Assembly (NCBI GenBank): GCA_028534125.1
Contig: CM052817.1
Span: forward strand, 6,140,001 to 6,204,000
Direction of reading: 5' to 3'
Source: Lama glama
Taxonomy: Eukaryota
DNA: 64,000 bases
The notes beneath the pieces are model-generated. The model searched no databases. It was not told the DNA's origin and saw nothing but the letters and a program-made list of their open reading frames with translations. Below, one piece after another: positions 36,878 through 47,684 of this stretch. The stretch's first letter is position 1; every line of letters starts with the position of its first letter. Position numbers and translations under genes: made by a program.

Positions 36878-36880
36878 GCA

Positions 36881-37582
36881 TCTGTGCTACACAGTATGAA
36901 CTTGTTGTTTATCTACCTTATATATATTAGTTAGTATCTGCAAATCTCGAACTTCCAATTTATCCCACCACCCACTCCTTTTCCCTGGTAACCATACATT
37001 TGTTTTCTATGTCTGTGAGTCTGTTTCTGTTTTGTAAATAAGTTTGTTTGTGTCTTTTTTTTAGATTCCACATATAAGTGATATCATATGGTATTTTTCT
37101 TTCTGGCTTACTTCTCTTAGAATGACTATCTTCAAGTCCATCCATGTTGCTGCAAATGGCTGTGTAGAATTCCATTTTATAAATATACCACAACTTCTTT
37201 ATCCAGTTATCTGTCAATGGACATTTAGGTTGTTTCCATGTCTTGGCTACTGCAAATAGTGTGTTGCTATGAACATAGGGGTGCATGTACCTTTTTGAAT
37301 TAGAGTTCTCTCCAGAGTGGTATTGGATCACATGGTAAGTCTATTTTTAGTCTTTTAAGGCATCTCCATACATTTTCCATAGTGGCTGCATCAAACTACA
37401 TTCCCACCAACAGTGTTGGAGTTCCTGTTTCTCCACACCTCTCCAGCATTAATCATTTGTGGACTTTTTAATAATGACCATTCTGACTGGTGTGAGTTAT
37501 ATCTCATTGTAGTTTGATTTGCATTTGAGAGTCTTTGTTTTATTTATATTCCTCTTAGGACTAATGATGTTGAACATTTTTT
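36881..37582 (-). mobile_element. L1 ORF2 end + partial 3'UTR (antisense), lacking the poly(A) end
   Basis: ORF 36960-37331(-) includes AKTWKQPKCPLTDNWIKKLWYIY; colinear with the L1 at 25649-26975. Confidence 0.93.
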
Positions 37583-37712
37583 TAACATTTTTTATTGATT
37601 TATAATCATTTTACAATGTTGTGTCAAATTCCAGTGTTCAGCACAATTTTTCAGTCATTCATGGACATATACACACTCATTGTCACATTTTTTTCTCTGT
37701 GAGTTATCATAA
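37578..37712 (-). mobile_element. Young L1 3' terminus running into the gap
   Basis: TTTTTAACATTTTTTATTGATTTATAATCATTTTACAATGTTGTGTCAAATTCCAGTGTTCAGCACAA. Confidence 0.85.
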
Positions 37713-38212
37713 NNNNNNNNNNNNNNNNNNNNNNNNNNNNNNNNNNNNNNNNNNNNNNNNNNNNNNNNNNNNNNNNNNNNNNNNNNNNNNNNNNNNNNNN
37801 NNNNNNNNNNNNNNNNNNNNNNNNNNNNNNNNNNNNNNNNNNNNNNNNNNNNNNNNNNNNNNNNNNNNNNNNNNNNNNNNNNNNNNNNNNNNNNNNNNNN
37901 NNNNNNNNNNNNNNNNNNNNNNNNNNNNNNNNNNNNNNNNNNNNNNNNNNNNNNNNNNNNNNNNNNNNNNNNNNNNNNNNNNNNNNNNNNNNNNNNNNNN
38001 NNNNNNNNNNNNNNNNNNNNNNNNNNNNNNNNNNNNNNNNNNNNNNNNNNNNNNNNNNNNNNNNNNNNNNNNNNNNNNNNNNNNNNNNNNNNNNNNNNNN
38101 NNNNNNNNNNNNNNNNNNNNNNNNNNNNNNNNNNNNNNNNNNNNNNNNNNNNNNNNNNNNNNNNNNNNNNNNNNNNNNNNNNNNNNNNNNNNNNNNNNNN
38201 NNNNNNNNNNNN
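37713..38212. other. Assembly gap (500 N)
   Basis: Run of N. Confidence 0.99.
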
Positions 38213-38639
38213 TTGTAAAGAAAAAGGAGGTATAATTCTTGCTATTACACAAGATGCTAAGACTCTTGGCCGCAGGACCAAGTGTTTTGTCAGATCCTTG
38301 GCCTGTGGCTTGTTTTATCAGCTCCAAATTAAAATTCTACTAGAAAAAAAGATTGTTAGTTTAAAAAAAGGCTTAATGCTTATAATTTTTAGTTTCAGAC
38401 ATTTACTGTTATCCCACAGCTTTTGCTAAATATCGTTAGCCACATAATGAAAATATTCAGATACAAATTTATCATATTTCATACATTTCACCATCTGCGT
38501 CTTAATAGTTTTTTGGGGGGAATATCTCTCAAGATTAAGCTATTTCTGGACTTCATTTTTATTGCAACATATTTGGAATATATATTTAAAACTCCAAGCA
38601 TTTTTTTAAGGTGACGAATTCTCTGATACAAAAAATAAT

Positions 38640-39105
38640 ATGGTGGTTTTAAAATATGGTCACAAACATTTTGACACTCTTCCCATAAAACAGTGAGGTA
38701 AATGTCCTCTTTCCTTGAATCCAGACTCTGTATCTTCTTGACCAATAGATGGAAGTGATGCTCTGCAGGTTCTGGGCTCAGACCTTGCAAAACCCACAGC
38801 CTCCTTTTCCTGTCTCTATTCCTACTCTTAAAATCCTGCCACCATGCTGTGAGGACGCCCAAGCCACTCCACAGAGGAGCCCACAAGGAAAAAGCTGACG
38901 GGCAACAGCTTGCCACGACTTGTGACTCAGTTATCTTAGAAGTGAGACCTCTGGCCCCACTTGGGCCACCTCAACTGATGCTGTGTGGAGCCGAGGCATG
39001 CTGTCCTCACTACCCAAATTACAGATCTGTGGGCAAAAAAAATTGTGGCTGTCATTTCAACTAAATTTTGGGGTAATTTTTTATGCAGCAAAAAATAGCC
39101 AGAAC
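38640..39105 (+). mobile_element. MaLR LTR (MLT1G/H-like)
   Basis: GGTGGTTTTAAAATATGGTCACAAAC..CCACCATGCTGTGAGGACGCCCAAGC..TTTTGGGGTAATTTTTTATGCAGCAA. Confidence 0.8.
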
Positions 39106-39354
39106 CCTGCTGCTTGCAATTTTATGATATATAACTGGAAGAGAGTTCTTAGAGTTATACACTTTTACTTATGTTCCAGTATCTCCTAAATGCTTCCTGA
39201 CACAATAAGACATTTTTAAAATTTAATGACTCTTCTTCTCATTAGACCTTTATAATAAATGACTGTAAGCAAGGAAAGTTTCTCTACTTTGATCTATTTC
39301 CACTTGGAGTTTTCAAAAGTTTAAATCAACAATGAATGAGTTTTTGTGGTGTTG

Positions 39355-39645
39355 GAACAGATTGTGGTAACATTTACATCAATCTACACTTGTGATAAAA
39401 TTTCATAGAACTATACACCAAAAACAAAAATTACCAAAAAAAAGTGTGTATGAAAATTTGTAAAAACTGAATAAGGTCTGCACTTGAGTTATTATTTTAC
39501 CAGTGCCAATTTCCTGGTTTTGACAAAGTACTGATTTTTTCAGTATATTAACTTTTGGGAGAAACCAGATGAAAGGTGTACAGAAATCCTGTGTTACTTT
39601 TGCAATTTCTTGTGAGATTTAAACTAGAAGTAAAAAGTTGCAATA
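39355..39645 (+). mobile_element. Ancient L1MD/MC-like 3'UTR end
   Basis: GATTGTGGT..GATAAAATTTCATAGAACTATACAC..CAATTTCCTGGTTTTGACA..TTTTGCAATTTCTTGTGAG. Confidence 0.75.
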
Positions 39646-40959
39646 TAAAGTTAAGGTCTGGACAATAGAAAAATTCATTTCAGTAAAACAACTCACCCTG
39701 AAAGCATTTGATCCATTTGTTGCAGGTAGAACCACCACCATCAGACCTGGTTTCTAGGATGAACCCTCTTAAGAGCTCAGAGACATCAGTGATGATACTG
39801 CAAAGGCTTATATTGATAGAGACAATTTCATAGAGGAGATTCTGTCATCCTCAGAAAAGGAAAACACAGAGGTGTAGGCACTTGGTACAAGAGTGATTTG
39901 AAACATACAAGCAAAACATGAGGGTGGCTGAGATTTATTTGGACACTCATCTTTCCAATCTCTTGGATTCTTTAGTAGTTACAGTTTTCCCAACCTGTCC
40001 TGGTGGATGGATAAAGATCTCAAGTATGTGAGGATTTGTTCTTTATCTCGTGGACTTTTTGCAACTATTCATAAGAGTCTTCTTCAGTTCTCCCACCTCA
40101 TCCCAGGTTCTTACTGATGCTTAGAAACCTCTCCTGGGCATGTTGTGAGGAAGGCAATACAGGATTGCAACATTATTTTCTAAGCCTCATCTTCCTGCAG
40201 ATACCTTGTCCCCATATGACAAGAGAATGATTTTTCCAGGTTTTATCTTTCATGGTTCTGGATCCAACAAGGGAAAACTATCATTCAGGGCCATCTATGG
40301 AGAACTGGTTTCCTCTTTTAGCACATTTTGTGGGTAGAGAAACATTATAGTTCAACAAAAATTGAGGTGTAAGGGTCCTGAATAACTCAAAAGTTTACAA
40401 TAATCATTTTGTGTAGGGACCAAAATGGAGCACACACAGACAGCTATGTCCTTTTTGCACGGGAGAGATGAGGTCAGGCAGCAGAAATGAAGTCAGATAG
40501 CCAGGCTTAGTCTATGGGTCCCGCATATGAGAGTGAAAGTCTTCCTGAGCATTAAGTAGCTCGAGAAGAGAGCTTCACTACTGCATCAATCTAGGTGGCA
40601 GCGGAGAGGTAAGAAGATAAAAATCTGAGATGTCAAGGGATCTTACCATCTGTGCCCTTGATTTGCACTTCGCAGCCCTTTTCCATTGTTCTCCAGCCTA
40701 TGAAACTCCAGATCCTGCCGGGACTACCCCTACTTGGGAACATAAGATGACAACACAGGAATGTCTAAATGTGACATTATCATTGACTAAAACATTCACA
40801 TGTGAACAGAAGAGAGAGGAGGACACAACAGCCAGAAGGAAGGTGATAAATTTGTCTCTGTTCTTTACATTCCAGTTGTCCCCAGATTCATTTTATTCAT
40901 GAGTACCCCCCAAGATTCCACATGTCCCATGCCACCTCCCCAAAACAAACATATTCTAA

Positions 40960-42215
40960 TAATCAGCAAGAAAAAGAAATCCCCAATTTTAAAATGGGCA
41001 GCAGTTACAAGTATGCACTTCCCAAGTGAGACTATCCAAACATAAAATAATCTCATGGCAAGATGTTCCACATTTTTTTTTTTTTAGAAATACATGGTTA
41101 AAATGCAACAAGAAACCAGTCAACCAAAATGGCTAAAATCTAAGAAGGCTGGCCATACCAAGTATGATGAGGATGTAAACCCGAAATTCTTATAAACTTC
41201 TAGTAGGCATTTTAATGGTATAACCAATTTGGAGAACGGTTTCCAGCCATGTCTACTAAAACTAAATCTTGCCTTTGCTATGACCCAGCCATTCCTCTCC
41301 ACAGAAATGGGAGCATATGGTCCATAACATTCACAGCAGCCTTCTTCGATAATATTTCTTAGGCAGAGACAACTCAGATATCTGAGAAGAGTAAACTGCG
41401 TAGATAAATGGTGATATATTTAAACAGTCCTGAAACAAGGAAACACACACGCTGTCACTCTTTGCAATGACTTGGCTGGGTCTGAGGAGGACCATCTGTG
41501 GAATTCCATTACACAAAGTTCAGCAACAAGCCACCCTGATCTATGGTGTCAACAGTCAGGGTCATGGCTTCTTCTGGCAGGAGGGGGCTTCTGGGATTCA
41601 AGTGCGGTGGACAGTGAGAGGGCTCCCCCACCTCCCAGATCCTACTTACCATTTCTGTGCAACCATCTCCCCCTCTGTTTCTGCAGGGCTTTCCACGGAC
41701 AGTAACTGTGGGGCTTCTTGGACAAGTTGTCCTTTTGGAGGCTTTGACCAAAGGCACAGAGAGACAGAGGGACCTGGGAGTGCATTTTCTGCTCCCATAG
41801 GACCATTACCACTGACTGTCACTGGGGGTGAGAAAGTCTGGGCCCCATGACACAGGTGGGACAACGCTGAGGCTCCTCACGCCTGAGTTCCTCTCCCAGG
41901 TCAGACTGAAGCTACCTGTGGGGGCCTTTCACTCTGGTGACACCTTCCTCTCTTTCCCTGCCCAGCTCCTCCCACTCCCTGACCTGCCTCTCCTGGGAGC
42001 ACGCCCTTAATAATTCACTTGCACACAAATTCTCATCTTGGCTTCTGCTTCAGTGAACCTAACCTGAGTCACCTGGCCATAGCTTTTGTTGAAAAATCTG
42101 ATTGGAATGCTGGTCACACTGATGTGTTCACTTTAAGATAGTTTACCAAGATGTACAATTACAATTTTTAGTTTTCTCTATGTATTTTATTCTTCAAAAA
42201 GAAAAGTTTAAAAAA
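40960..42215 (+). mobile_element. Ancient L1ME-like 3' portion interrupted by an LTR16
   Basis: CCAATTTTAAAATGGGCA..AAAATGGCTAAAATCTAAGAAGGCTGGCCATACCAAGT..TATGACCCAGCCATTCCTCTCC; resumes GGTCACACTGATGTGTTCACTTT at ~42110. Confidence 0.7.
41603..42070 (+). mobile_element. ERVL LTR (LTR16A-like)
   Basis: GGTGGGACAACGCTGAGG..TCCTGGGAGCACGCCCTTAATAATTCACTTGCACACAAATTCTCATCT..GAACCTAACCTGAGTCA. Confidence 0.75.
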
Positions 42216-42734
42216 TATTTCAAACCTTGTGACTAGAAAATACAGAAATGTGTCTTAGAAAATGTTCATATAGTTCTATAGTAATTTAAGTTGAAGAGAA
42301 TTCATTCCAATATTATTATAATAAATAAAAACATTGTGTATATTCAAAATTAATTGTAAGTTATTGTATATTAAAATCCACATGATTAAGTACCACCATT
42401 CATTATAAACCACTTAAAAATTTTTGATGATGTAAAAATACCCAATATGTATTTTTTAAAAAATAATCAAATTATACAGCAGTACATAAAGTATAATTCC
42501 CATTTGGAAAAATAAAATGTATTTTAATGCACATCAAGCTATTAGTATTAGTTATCTCTAAGTGGTAATATTATGTCTATTTTTTTACTCTTCTGAAGTC
42601 TTCCCTATATTTGCTCAAGTTTCTATAATAAATGTGTAGTCATTTTAACCAGAAATGTTTTTAAAAAATTGTCTCTGCTAAGCAGTGTCCACATCATGGA
42701 AAATAAAGTAGCCCTTAAAAATGGGTGGATATTC

Positions 42735-43216
42735 CCCACACCAATCAAGATGACTACTACCAAAAAAAAAGAAAGAAAAAAGAAAAATAACAAGAGTTGA
42801 AGTGTTGGTGATGATGCAGAGAAATTGAAACCCTTGAGTAATGTTGATGAGAATGTAAATGGTGCAGTCACTATGGTAAACAATATGGCAATTTATCAAA
42901 AAATTAAAAATAGAACTACCGTATGAACCAGCAATCCCTTTTCTGGGTGCACATCCCAAATAATTGAAAACAAGGTCTCAGAGAGATATTGATACAGCCT
43001 GTACATAGAGGCCCTCTTCCCAACAGCCAAAAGGTAGAAGCTACGCACGTGTCCACTAATGGACAAAAGGATAAATTTGGGAGTTTGATATTTGCAAAGG
43101 TTAACCACCATATACAAAAATAGATTTTCAAAAATTTCTTCTGCATAGCACAGGGAACCATATTCAATATCTTGTAATAATCTTTAATGAAAAAGAATAT
43201 GAAAATAAATATATGC

Positions 43217-43254
<38 letters not shown>

Positions 43255-43705
43255 GACAGGGATGTTATGCTGTACACCAGAAATTGATACATTGTAACTG
43301 ATTATACTTCAACAAAAAAGTGGTATACATATATACAATGTAATATTATTTAGCCTTAAAAAGGAAGGAACTTCTGACACATGCTACAACATGGGTGGAC
43401 CTCAAGGACATCATGCTAAGTGAAACAAGCCTGTCACAAAAGGACAAATGCTGTACGATTCCACTCATGGAAAGTATCTTGAGTAGTCAAATGCATAAAA
43501 ACAGAAAGTAGAACGGTGGCTGCCAGACACTGGTTGGGGAGGGGCATGGGGTATTGTTTAATGGGTATAGAGTTTCGGTTTTGCAAGAAAAGTTCTAGAG
43601 ATTGCTTATGCAACATTGTGAATATACTTTAAAATACTGAGCTGTACACTTAAACTGATTTAGGTGATAAATTCTGTGTTATGTGTACTACACCACAATT
43701 TTTTT
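42735..43705 (+). mobile_element. Old L1MB-like ORF2 end + 3'UTR, host to a younger L1 fragment
   Basis: GAACTACCGTATGAACCAGCAATCCC..CTGACACATGCTACAACATGG..TAATGGGTATAGAGTTTCGGTTTTGCAAG..CACCACAATTTTTTT. Confidence 0.88.
43069..43312 (+). mobile_element. Young camelid-type L1 3'UTR fragment with expanded (TA)n
   Basis: GGATAAATTTGGGAGTTTGA...ACATTGTAACTGATTATACTTCAA; colinear with 10672-10893. Confidence 0.9.
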
Positions 43706-43873
43706 TAAAAAAAATGAGTGGACATTGCTATTGTCATTTAATAGATCAGGGAGGTGAAACAGTTCTGGGACTTTCACTTTTAATCCTAGCATCACCTTAC
43801 AGATGCTCACTTCGCTAATTAGCTCTGCATCATAGCAATGGCCTCCTTTATTCTCACCACTTTATCACCAGAC

Positions 43874-44083
43874 AAGTGCTATCAGTAGACAGTTCTTCAG
43901 TGATGGAACTGGTATACATCTGAGCCATCCAAAGCAGTAGTCACCAGCCACGTGTGGCTATTGAGCACTTGAAATGTGGCTAATGTAACAGAGGATCTGC
44001 ATTTTTTAATTTTACCTAATTATGATTCATTTAAATGTAACTAGTCATGTGCAGCCACAGAGTGGCCTCTATATTAACGCTGG
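43874..44083. mobile_element. MER3 hAT-Charlie MITE
   Basis: CCAGCCACGTGTGGCTATTGAGCACTTGAAATGTGGCTA and AT-rich middle match the recalled MER3 consensus. Confidence 0.85.
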
Positions 44084-44564
44084 TCTAGATTTTTATATTT
44101 TTGTATCCATCTTCCTCCACCACTGCATGAACTTTGCTTGTAATGATTTTGAGAAAACAGAAGAAAAGCTCTCCACTCCCAACAGTTCTTTTTCTCTCTT
44201 TTGCCGGATTACAGTTATCCCAGTTGTTAGAACCACATCCCCTAAACAGTAGGCTTTCTCTGCCTTCCCTGCAGAAAGAGCCTCCTCCGTGATCTTCTTT
44301 TTCATCTGCTCTGCTGGCAAACATTTGTCATTGTGAAATAGCTGATAAGCACTTTGCTGAGTTTCTGATTGTTACCAGATTACAGTCCTGCAGGGGATCC
44401 TCGGTGAAGCAGAAGCCCAGACAGTGTGAGTAATTCGGGGGTAACTGCGGCTACTCAGGTGTAATTAGCTGCTGCTGGGTGCTGCTTCTTTACCTGGGGA
44501 AGTCACATTCAGAGAGACGGTGGTCCTGATTGTGGAATAAATTCCACAGAGAAGGCAGCCAAAC

Positions 44565-44760
44565 AGCATTTTGAGGAAGTCCTGGAATCAGACGGCTCTG
44601 GACTTACTTCCATTCATGGCAAATGCTATCCATCACCCTGAACAGGTACAAAACTGCTCTGGTCCAACTGTATTTTGGGTTTACAGAATGAAGGCAATAA
44701 TACATTTTAGATGATTAAGCCTGGTGTACAATAATCAATCAGCAGGTGGCAGCTGTTTAA
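44565..44760 (+). mobile_element. Degraded MIR
   Basis: CTGGAATCAGACGGCTCTGG..GCCTGGTGTACAATAATCAATCAGCAGGTGGCAGCTG. Confidence 0.45.
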
Positions 44761-45509
44761 AATGTCTAACTCCATGTCTCCTGCTTTCCTCTTTGATGCC
44801 ACATCCTTATCTCTTCATCCCCTTGGCTATAAGAAATAAGATGTTTATAACCCCACCTGCCTCTTAAAGAAAGTGTCCTTGTGAACTTGGTTCTTCATTT
44901 TGCTTGGAAAAATAACATGTTGCACAGATAAATCACCAAGTGATTTTATTTAGGTGGAAGGGAGTTACAGTTCTCATTTGCTGTTTTGTTTTGTAGTTTT
45001 GGCCTGGAGGTGGGTAGGGGGTGGAAGAGAATGCAAGAGGCGAAAGATGAGCCAGAAAAGCTGGACCTGCATGGAGCAATAATGAGGTGGGGGTCGGGGG
45101 ACACCACCCTGGTACAGCCAAGCAATGATTTTGAAGACTAGAAATACCCTTGTGGATTCTGAAGCCATTGGCTGCCAAGTTCCCTGCTTTGATGCCTCTA
45201 TAAATTCTTTAATAGAATTTGCTTTGCCCATTAGAGCCTTTTGCATGAATGGATGCTTGTTAGGAAACTCAATGAGAAGCTCAAGTCTGCATCTATATGA
45301 TTGTGGGACTGAAACAGAGAGAGAATACAGCATACATCTGGGTTGCCCATTCATCTGTTCATTCAACAGGACTTTTAATCAACCAGAATTTATTGAAATG
45401 ACTTTATTGAACATCATTTTATGTGAAATATCACCATGCCAAAAGGAAGAGTTATAGTGTTTGTCCTAAAGGATCTCATGGTGTAAGAAAAAGGACAAGT
45501 ATCATAACA

Positions 45510-45680
45510 AGAGACCTGGACGAGATGCTGGAGAACTTCCAATCCATCTGCTTCATTTTGCTGTTAAAGAAAGAAGTCTCAAGGCTCAGAGGCTCAGAAA
45601 GTCCATGTGATTGCCACTGAGTGTCAGAGCCACAGCTGGGAGCTGTGATTTTGTGCTAGCAGCCTTCCTGCCACACTGAG
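45510..45680 (-). mobile_element. MIR fragment
   Basis: CTTCATTTTGCTGTTAAAGAAAG..GAGGCTCAGAAAGTCCATGTGATTGCC. Confidence 0.5.
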
Positions 45681-46994
45681 AAACCCAAATGTGGTGTCAG
45701 AGGAAGGAGAAATGGATCCTCTATGATCACCTCAACCAAGCGCAATGGCAGGGTGTTACCTGAGCAGACACATCATTGATTCCCAGTATCTCTTCTTCCT
45801 CAGCATCAAAAACAACCAAAGGCATTTGTTCTAAGCTAAGCCTCCATTCTCCAGCTTCCTTCATGCTTAACTGTGTGAGTTTCGTCTGGAAAGAGTGTTG
45901 CCCTGTGCAATTGCAGGAGGTCCCACTAAAGGAATACACTGGAGCCCTCAGCCTCTCTCTGATTCCATCAGAGCCCACTCTGTAACCAACTAGATCAGCT
46001 CACAGAGCTCCCTCATGGTCATGTGTTTATTTCCTTGTTCTAATTTTCTATGTCATGTACTCTCTTTTCAGCTTTGGAATCCTGTTCATCCTTGGCATCA
46101 TAGCACAGGCCTACCTCCTTCAAAAATCCTCCACTGGCACTACCAACCTTCAGTAAGAGTCTTTTTCCTATAAACACATTCCTATAAATACACCTGCTCC
46201 TTGTATCACCTGTCGAGGTAAAGGCCTGGAGCCCATTCACTTGGATGTTTTAGAGCCCACAGCTGCCCCGGCCCCTGCGTGGAGCTCCAGGCCTCTGCAG
46301 AGCTCAGTCTGTGTGTGTGTGAGTGTGCGTATATTGGTGAGACGGAGGAATGTGGGCGGGGAAAATACACATTAGTGTGGATAATAGGAAGTGACCAGGG
46401 AAATGCTGTGAAGCACCCCGAATCACCCGTTTGTAGGAAAACATGTGCCTGGTGTTGGGGGGTGCAAAAGCATCTAAGTATATGTGCTGTGAAGCACTAG
46501 CTACTTTGTGAAGACCAAAGAAGAAGGATGATAGCAATATGTCCCCACTTATTTTGTACAAAAAGCCCAAACTGAATTTCTGTGGGGAACTAGAATTATT
46601 GACGACACAGGTGCAAAATGAACATGTGTCCAAAACTTTATTTAATTCATTAGTTGATGAAGGAACTGGAAAAAATGCGACAACCTGTTTAGATGGTGAG
46701 AAGTTAAGAACCACACATTTGCAAGTCGTAACAACGTTGACATGATCTTGCAAAAACTGGTCTCTCCACAGGGCAGAATCAACTGCATCGCACTGGGTAC
46801 AATTAATTTGCTTTTATCTAGGCAAAATTACTTGCCTGGCTGTCAGTTTTCTGCAAGTTACTTTCTGTCTGTAGAGTTGTGAAGCAGCATAATCAAAGGC
46901 GAAAGCTCACGACCTGATGGAATCAGATCATCCTCAGAGGCCCCAAAATGTCATGGAAAGGATATACCTGACTCTCTTTAGTTCATTCCAACAT

Positions 46995-47375
46995 CTTAAA
47001 TTTCTCACTTCACCACTTATCTGCCCAACAGACCTCAACCTCCTCTCAATCATCTCTAGCCATGGTTTCTCCATAACATCTCCTCAGACCAGTGGCTCTT
47101 GTCTCCCAGGCCTTACACATGCACTTCCCCCTGCCTTTGAGTCTCTATCCTCTCTCCTGGCCCGTCTGCACCTTCCTAACTCTCCTACTCACCTCTCCCC
47201 CTTCCCAGCTTCATTTCCACTGTCTCTTTATCAGGTAAGCCTCCTTCCCCTCCTGATTTAGAGAGACTTTCCCCCACATTCCTAACTCTACCTGGTGCTG
47301 GATGCATGCTCGTTTTATGCCTGTAAGCTCAATGGAGACAGGAGCAGGGTCCCTATTTATTGCCTGGCTGAGTGA
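46995..47375 (+). mobile_element. L2 3' region
   Basis: CCCAGGCCTTACACATGCACTTCCCCCTGCCT..CCTGTAAGCTCAATGGAGACAGGAGC; terminal GAATGAATGAA displaced to ~47687 by an L1 insertion. Confidence 0.65.
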
Positions 47376-47409
47376 AAAAAAAAAAAAAGATTGGATTTAC
47401 TTATTTGTC

Positions 47410-47488
47410 TTTATTGAAGCATAGTTGATTTACAATGTTGTGTTAGTTTCTGGTGTACAGCATAGTGATTCAGTTTTATATATATATA

Positions 47489-47551
<63 letters not shown>

Positions 47552-47684
47552 TCCTTTTCATTATAGGTTATTACAAGCTATTGGATATAGTTCCCTGTGC
47601 TATATAGTAGGACCTTGTTGTTTATTTACTTTGTATGTAGTAGTTTGTATCTGCTAATCCCAAACTCCCAATTTATCCCTTCCC
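47410..47684 (-). mobile_element. L1 3'UTR fragment (cetartiodactyl type) with internal (TG)n(TA)n microsatellite
   Basis: TTGAAGCATAGTTGATTTACAATGTTGTGTTAGTTTCTGGTGTACAGC...CCCAAACTCCCAATTTATCCCTTCCC. Confidence 0.92.
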
